Shown here piece by piece: positions 58,983 to 64,000 of a DNA stretch of 64,000 nt (positions are counted from its first letter, which is position 1; each line of letters opens with the position of its first letter). Location: positions 7,328,001 through 7,392,000 of the forward strand of contig OZ250169.1 in NCBI GenBank assembly GCA_965237955.1, written 5' to 3'. Under the pieces are notes generated by a model. The model was not told where the DNA came from. It saw only the letters and a list, made by a program, of their open reading frames with translations, and made no database searches. The position numbers and the translations under genes were made by a program. The DNA is from Candidatus Marinacidobacterales bacterium (lineage in GTDB: Bacteria; Acidobacteriota; Vicinamibacteria; Marinacidobacterales; SMYC01).

Positions 58983-60071
58983 CTGCCTTGGTGCACAACT
59001 CGCGATCTCGGTCCACAATTGTCCTTTACTCACGGATTCGAGGTTCCCCATGAGCATTTTCAAACGCACTCAGCGGAAGTATGTGAAGAAGGCCTATCGC
59101 GTGAGGAATTGGCGTGAATATGAGGCGGGTCTACGCAACCGTGGGAGCCTGACCGTCTGGATCTCGCTCACCGCCGGCAAGCTTGTGAACTGGGACGCGC
59201 CCCGGCCGAGGAGGAGGAAACCGGGCCGTCAACGCAAGTACTCGAACCACGCCATCGAGACGGCTGTCACCCTGGGCATGGTGTTTCATCTGTCATCTAG
59301 GCAGAGCGAGGGATTGCTGCGATCGTTGTTCGCTCTGATGAAGCTAGACAATGATGTGCCCGATCACACCACGATCTCGAGGCGCAAGGCGAAGCTGGGT
59401 AAGGTCCCCTTCTACCAAGACAAGCAGAAGACGCCGTTGCACATCTTGATCGACAGCAGCGGTCTCGCTGTCCACGCCGGCCAGCTGCGCAGAGCACCAA
59501 AGAGCAGGGACTATCGCAAGCTCCATCTGTGTGTCGACGAGCAGAGTGGCGAAGTCGTCGCCGGCGAGCTGACGAGCAAAAGAGCCCGCGATTCATCGCG
59601 GGTTGCATCGCTTGTCGGACAGATCGACAGTCCCATCTCATCGGCCAGAGCTGACACCGCATACGACGCCGGCGGCGTCTATGAGGCGATCGAGAATCAC
59701 AGCGCTCATCGCTCGCCGAGGGTGCTGATACCGCCGCGCAAGGGCGCCCAGCTCGCATCGGGGCCGGCGAGCAGCCGACAGCGCAATCGCAACATTGCAG
59801 CACAAGATCGGCTCGGCAAACGAAAGTGGCACACAGAATCGGGCTACAGCAAACGGAGCAAAGTCGAGACAACGTTCCATCGCTACAAGGCTATCGTGGG
59901 CTCAGCGATGCGAGCGAGAGGGTTGGCGGCACAGAGAGTCGAGGCAAGGATCGGGTGCAAGATTCCCAACACCATGACGGCGCTCGGGATGCCTGATAGC
60001 GAGATGATCGGATGATGGGAGTCGGGGCCAAGCGAGCTATCGGCCTCTATCGGAGTTGTGCACCAAGGCAG
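58983..60071 (+). mobile_element. IS5-family (IS903 group) insertion sequence
   Basis: Perfect 19-bp IR CTGCCTTGGTGCACAACTC; no TSD seen. Confidence 0.92.
59050..60015 (+). CDS. IS903-group transposase
   Basis: YRVRNWREYEAGLRNRGSLTVW, PDHTTISRR, IDSSG, RKLHL, ADTAYD, GYSKRSKVET. Confidence 0.93.
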   Translation: MSIFKRTQRKYVKKAYRVRNWREYEAGLRNRGSLTVWISLTAGKLVNWDAPRPRRRKPGRQRKYSNHAIETAVTLGMVFHLSSRQSEGLLRSLFALMKLDNDVPDHTTISRRKAKLGKVPFYQDKQKTPLHILIDSSGLAVHAGQLRRAPKSRDYRKLHLCVDEQSGEVVAGELTSKRARDSSRVASLVGQIDSPISSARADTAYDAGGVYEAIENHSAHRSPRVLIPPRKGAQLASGPASSRQRNRNIAAQDRLGKRKWHTESGYSKRSKVETTFHRYKAIVGSAMRARGLAAQRVEARIGCKIPNTMTALGMPDSEMIG

Positions 60072-60716
60072 CGAAGCGTTGCTTGGTGCGCAGTCTCAGA
60101 CGGTCCGCCTCGGCCTTCACCTGCCGGAGCGTTCCGTGCTTCCGGTACAGCGCATAGAGCGTCCGGACCGTTTCGGCCTCAGCCTCGTTGATGCGCAGCG
60201 TACGTTCGTCCTTCTCATAGCCTAGCGGTACGCGACCGCCCATCCATAGTCCCTTGCGCTTGGAGGCAGCGACCTTATCGCGGATCCGCTCGGCCGTGAC
60301 CTCGCGTTCGAATTGTGCGAAGGACAGCAGCATATGCAGCGTCAGTCGTCCCATGCTGGTCGCGGTGTTGAAGGACTGAGTCACCGAGACGAAAACCGCG
60401 CCGGCCGCCTCGAGCCGCTCGACGAGCTTTGCAAAGTCGGAGAGGGAACGGGTCAGCCGGTCGACCTTGTAGACCACAATCTGGTCGACGAGACCTGCGT
60501 CGATGTCGGCGAGCAAGCGCTGCAGGCCCGGGCGCTCCAGGGTTCCTCCCGAGATCCCCGCGTCCTCGTAGACGGTTGGCAGCAGCACCCAGCCCTCCGC
60601 TTTCTGGCTCGCGACGCGGCGCAGGCTTCTCGCTGCGCATCGAGGGAGTTGAACTCCTGTTCGAGACCCTCTTCCGCACTCTTTCGCGTATAGATGGCAC
60701 AGCGGATCTTCTTCAT
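60072..60716 (-). pseudogene. Large serine recombinase, frameshifted and truncated
   Basis: RCAIYTRKS.EEGLEQEFNSLDAQRE, frameshift near 60615, then SGGTLERPGL, VYKVDRLTRS, FAQFERE; cut by the IS5 element. Confidence 0.9.
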
Positions 60717-60717
60717 G

Positions 60718-61149
60718 TTAGGCCTTGCGCTTGGGCGTGAGACCGAAAAAGCGTGGTCCTGACCAGTGGGTGCCGGTGATTCGCTTTGCGATGGTAGTGA
60801 GGGACGGATAGGTTTTGCCATCGAACCGATAGCCGTTGTCGACTACCTCGACCTGGTAGGTCCGGCCATTCCACTCGCGGACGAGATGGGTGCCGGCAGA
60901 AACGGACCCTGCGGGAGCGCCGGAGCTTGGTGTCTCGTTCGCCATGGCAGCCAGAGCGCGCCGGGTTGCGGCCGAAAGCCCGCCATGGGTCCGGCACTGG
61001 CGTTCGTGCAAGAGAACGCGGCGCAGGAAAACACGAGAGAGCGAGCTTGGAGGAGCAGCCCCAAAGGTCTGCTCCCAGACCCGCCGTAAGCTGGCGAAGT
61101 CCAAACCGTCCAAAACGACGTTCCGGCCAACCCCTGTATCCTGCGGCAT
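60718..61149 (-). CDS. DUF2924-domain protein
   Basis: GTHLVREWNG, YPSLTTIAKRITGTHWSGPRFFGL; directly upstream of the recombinase. Confidence 0.88.
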   Translation of the reverse strand: MPQDTGVGRNVVLDGLDFASLRRVWEQTFGAAPPSSLSRVFLRRVLLHERQCRTHGGLSAATRRALAAMANETPSSGAPAGSVSAGTHLVREWNGRTYQVEVVDNGYRFDGKTYPSLTTIAKRITGTHWSGPRFFGLTPKRKA

Positions 61150-61424
61150 CACCGAACGTTCGCTCTTGTGCTCGATAAAGTCCAGTCTAATGAGGGACTT
61201 CCGGGTTCGAAGTTCACTGCCCGTAGCTCGCCCCGCAGCCGATTTGAGCCAGCCGTACGCACGCCCGGTGGGCCTGTCGCTCGCCACCCGCAGCCCAGGG
61301 GTCGGAAGCCAGCCCTGCGGCGCGAAATACCCTCGATTCTGCGCGGATTCCAAGGGCGTCTAAACTGCTGATTTGTGGCCTATTTCAAAAGGGCCGAGTT
61401 TTGGCACAGGACGGGGTCGTTCGC

Positions 61425-61616
61425 CTACGGCGTCAAAGAGTCCGTGAGTGTGGCTCCATACTCGCCGAGTTGGGCCCACAGCGCAGCCAGGTCGATCCCA
61501 GACGTGGTCGCCAGAAGGAGAGCGATTCCGACCGCTGCCAGCACAGCCAGTCCGCGCCACCCCAGCGCTGCGCCGAGTACAACACCTGCCGCCACTCCCG
61601 CGAGAAACATCACCAT
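61425..61616 (-). CDS. Small hydrophobic hypothetical protein
   Basis: 63 aa with two TM-like segments. Confidence 0.4.
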   Translation of the reverse strand: MVMFLAGVAAGVVLGAALGWRGLAVLAAVGIALLLATTSGIDLAALWAQLGEYGATLTDSLTP

Positions 61617-61706
61617 GGACTTGCCCACTTGAGCCGATCGCTGGCAGTCTATACCCATGGTCAGAGCCGCGCCAAACTACCCGTCTGGTCAAAATATTCG
61701 AACGCG

Positions 61707-61820
61707 GTAGGGTTGAGGGCTGGCGCGGTGCTCCGTAGGCGCGGCCTATCTGTTTCTCCCCGTTTCCTGTGGGAGTGCCTCACTAGCCGCACCGTAAGTC
61801 CGTTTCCAGCCCCCGCCACA
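61707..61820 (-). ncRNA. Group II intron 3' remnant (domain VI only)
   Basis: Minus strand TGTGGCGGGGGCTGGAAACG...ACCGCGCCAGCCCTCAACCCTAC: domain VI stem, bulged A region and CCTAC end. Domain V and RT ORF absent. Confidence 0.75.
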
Positions 61821-61859
61821 ACTAAAGCCGACCTTCGCCGATATCGAATCGCTGTACGG

Positions 61860-64000
61860 TTAATCTCGTTCCCAAGTCCTGTATTCGTTCAGAGCACTCC
61901 ACTCGTCGCCCCGCCGTGAACGTCCCTTGAGATTGGGAGAGAAAGGAATTGTCGAAATGGCTTCGCTGAAACTGTGTGCTGTGGGGTTTCGTGGGTCGCT
62001 TCCATCAAGGGTGTAGTAGACCCTTTCCGCTCCCGCCGGGCGTCGGATAGTGACGCTGTCAGAAGCTCGTTCGAACACCGGCGGGTCGAGGGTGGGATAG
62101 TAATCATGGTCCCGAAGCGCTCGAATGAACCTTTCCACGTTTCCGTCCATCAAGTCTAGAACATAGTCCCGCGCCCGCTTCCAATGCACATCCCGCGTGC
62201 GGGGACGATTCTCCCTTCCGGGGCCCGCATCGCCCCAGCGGGCCGACTCACAAAACATCGCCGCTTCCACGTAGTCCGCTAGCTTTCGAAAATTGGTTTG
62301 GTTTATATGGTCCGCGAGGGGACCGCCATTGTAGCAGGCACGATAGACGCGATCCGCGAACTCCAGCCGGAACTCTGGGCTGTCCGCCAAAGCCATCCAT
62401 AGTTGGTGTAGCACGGACGTTCCGCCCGATACGAACTTGGGTGGAACCCAAGCCCCCGCATGCCCAACTTTGTCAGCAAGCCCGTAGGTATTCTCCGAAT
62501 CCCAGCAGAAATACAATCCGGCACCGGGAGGGTGAATCCGAATCCCTCCATACCAATTTCGTTTTCCCCAATCTCCCGTACCGGAAAACCAATTCAGCAG
62601 GATGTAGTCGCTAAACTGGGCCGTATTCAATAGGGTTTTCATCTCCCGGTATTTTGCGGGCTCCGAGAGGTCATGCTCACGCGCATAACGGTACATGGTG
62701 ATATACCAGCGCGGGTGGTTCGGCTTGCCGACTACGCCCGAATGGTTGATAGCAAACCAGTCAGCCGGATCGCCGCCATAGTACGAAGCGAGAAAACGCC
62801 GCTCTGGACGCTCCACCGCGTTATATACGCCCCAGTAAATCCCGTTCAGATAGAGATGCACGAAAATGCCGTGCGCAGCCGTACCGCTCAAAGAAAGCTG
62901 CGAGTCTCGAGCGTGTTGGTCGCGGACATAGACCGCCAATTCGCTCACTCCCGGCCAGACGAGGATCCTGCCTCTCGACCAGTTTTCTTCCCCCCCTGCC
63001 CGAAGAACGATGGTATTGAACTCTTTCACTGCAGATTCGGCATGATGCACGGCGCTCTCGAAAAAAGGGTATCTCAACATTCCTGGACCGAAATCTTTGC
63101 TGAAGACCAGGCGGAACGAGTTCTTTTCCTTGGGATGCGACCAACTATGCCTTCTAACTCCGCAATCGACCTGAAAGCCCTCGAAGTGGGAAAACTTACT
63201 GGGATAGAGGAGCTCAACCGAGGCGGGACGGGTCAGTGGACCCTTTCCAAAGTAGAGCCCTTGGCTCTCATTAAAGAGATGGTCCATGTCCATGACAATG
63301 GAGAGGGTGGGAATCGACGTCAGTCCTTCCACGAACTCCCGCTGGTTGCTCGTATTCACGACATCGGGATCGATCCCGATGTCGAGATCTGCGTACGGAG
63401 CCATATTGAAGGAGCGAAACGAAGCCGGATAATCGAATGGCAAGGTCGCCTGGTCCTTCACCGTGGTCGGAAAGATATAGGTATGGGTGTCAACGTTCGT
63501 GCTCCTCGCACCAGGTTTGTACGCCATGGCCCGAAGCACAGTCGTTTTATCCACAAGAACCTTGTTGCCGACGATTCCATGACTTACGCTCGGCTTACTG
63601 CCGTCGGTGGTATAGACGATCGTTGCGCCGGGAGTGGCGGTGGTGAGGATCACTTCGAAAGGGGTCTCATAGAAGCCGCGGTCGTGGCTGAACTTCGTAT
63701 CGCCTACTGAGTCCATCCGGCCGGGTCGGCGATGCCAATCATTGAAGAGCTCGACCGATTGCCCCAACCGGGCGTTCGCAGGCGCGCTCGCAAGAACCGG
63801 ATCGCCCCAAACCGGAACCAGTGACTGCCGATGCACCGCGCCCGAGGCGTCCAGCACAGGCCGCGCCGTGAATACCAGCGAGACCGCTCTCCCCTCCCAC
63901 GGAGTGAGATCAACCATGCGGTCGTTCCAACGATTCCCCTCCTGTGCAGCAAGGGTCTCGCGGAACACGCGGCTCCGCTTGCTATCGGCTTCGATCTCGA
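61860..64000 (-). CDS. CotH-kinase-like protein with Fn3-associated domains, 5' end outside the window
   Basis: FSHDRGFY...IVYTTDGSKP, VHLYLNGIYWGVYNAVER, DW..RNW, WDSE, ESARWGD, VYYTLDGSDPR; frame open to the window edge. Confidence 0.85.
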   Translation of the reverse strand, partial: EIEADSKRSRVFRETLAAQEGNRWNDRMVDLTPWEGRAVSLVFTARPVLDASGAVHRQSLVPVWGDPVLASAPANARLGQSVELFNDWHRRPGRMDSVGDTKFSHDRGFYETPFEVILTTATPGATIVYTTDGSKPSVSHGIVGNKVLVDKTTVLRAMAYKPGARSTNVDTHTYIFPTTVKDQATLPFDYPASFRSFNMAPYADLDIGIDPDVVNTSNQREFVEGLTSIPTLSIVMDMDHLFNESQGLYFGKGPLTRPASVELLYPSKFSHFEGFQVDCGVRRHSWSHPKEKNSFRLVFSKDFGPGMLRYPFFESAVHHAESAVKEFNTIVLRAGGEENWSRGRILVWPGVSELAVYVRDQHARDSQLSLSGTAAHGIFVHLYLNGIYWGVYNAVERPERRFLASYYGGDPADWFAINHSGVVGKPNHPRWYITMYRYAREHDLSEPAKYREMKTLLNTAQFSDYILLNWFSGTGDWGKRNWYGGIRIHPPGAGLYFCWDSENTYGLADKVGHAGAWVPPKFVSGGTSVLHQLWMALADSPEFRLEFADRVYRACYNGGPLADHINQTNFRKLADYVEAAMFCESARWGDAGPGRENRPRTRDVHWKRARDYVLDLMDGNVERFIRALRDHDYYPTLDPPVFERASDSVTIRRPAGAERVYYTLDGSDPRNPTAHSFSEAISTIPFSPNLKGRSRRGDEWSALNEYRTWERD

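Noticed and set aside
56505-59117. 870-aa + strand ORF as one gene
   Set aside because: Mostly the antisense shadow of the GC-rich MFS gene, running by chance into the IS91 fragment.
61195-61225. tRNA fragment or att site (GGGTTCGAA) near the recombinase module
   Set aside because: Only a T-loop-like 9-mer; no cloverleaf and no second copy in the window.

Overview
GC-rich bacterial chromosome segment. The gene content (Acidobacterial-type VWA protein, QSLGELA-type secreted protein, bshC, Thermus/Acidobacteria-type ArgS) suggests Acidobacteriota, possibly Vicinamibacteria; this is an inference. Positions 1-52.6 kb are mostly core or lineage-typical genes: glpK, rmlAC, metH, a DAACS symporter, bshC, a Ser/Thr kinase-PEGA-TonB locus with an FHA partner and lepB, argS, yitJ, a 9-gene MoxR/DUF58/BatA/DUF4159/DUF4175 operon and metK. 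Two near-identical 1719-bp ISL3 copies interrupt this part. Positions 52.8-64 kb are a mobile-element graveyard: ISAzo13, IS110 remnants, an IS91 fragment, IS5/IS903, a DUF2924-serine recombinase module, a group II intron domain VI remnant, gene scraps, an MFS transporter and a CotH-like gene. Main observations: (1) a compact fliA plus minimal flgM module with no flagellar genes in the window and consensus-like sigma54 and sigma28 promoters; (2) the uncharacterised MoxR envelope operon with two protease-fold members; (3) a strand-specific multi-stem structure in the ISL3 non-coding end; (4) two families of intergenic inverted arrays of 7-bp and 8-bp tandem repeats; (5) a kinase-TonB fusion split at a G7 tract. 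All calls come from motif recognition by eye; no database searches were run.
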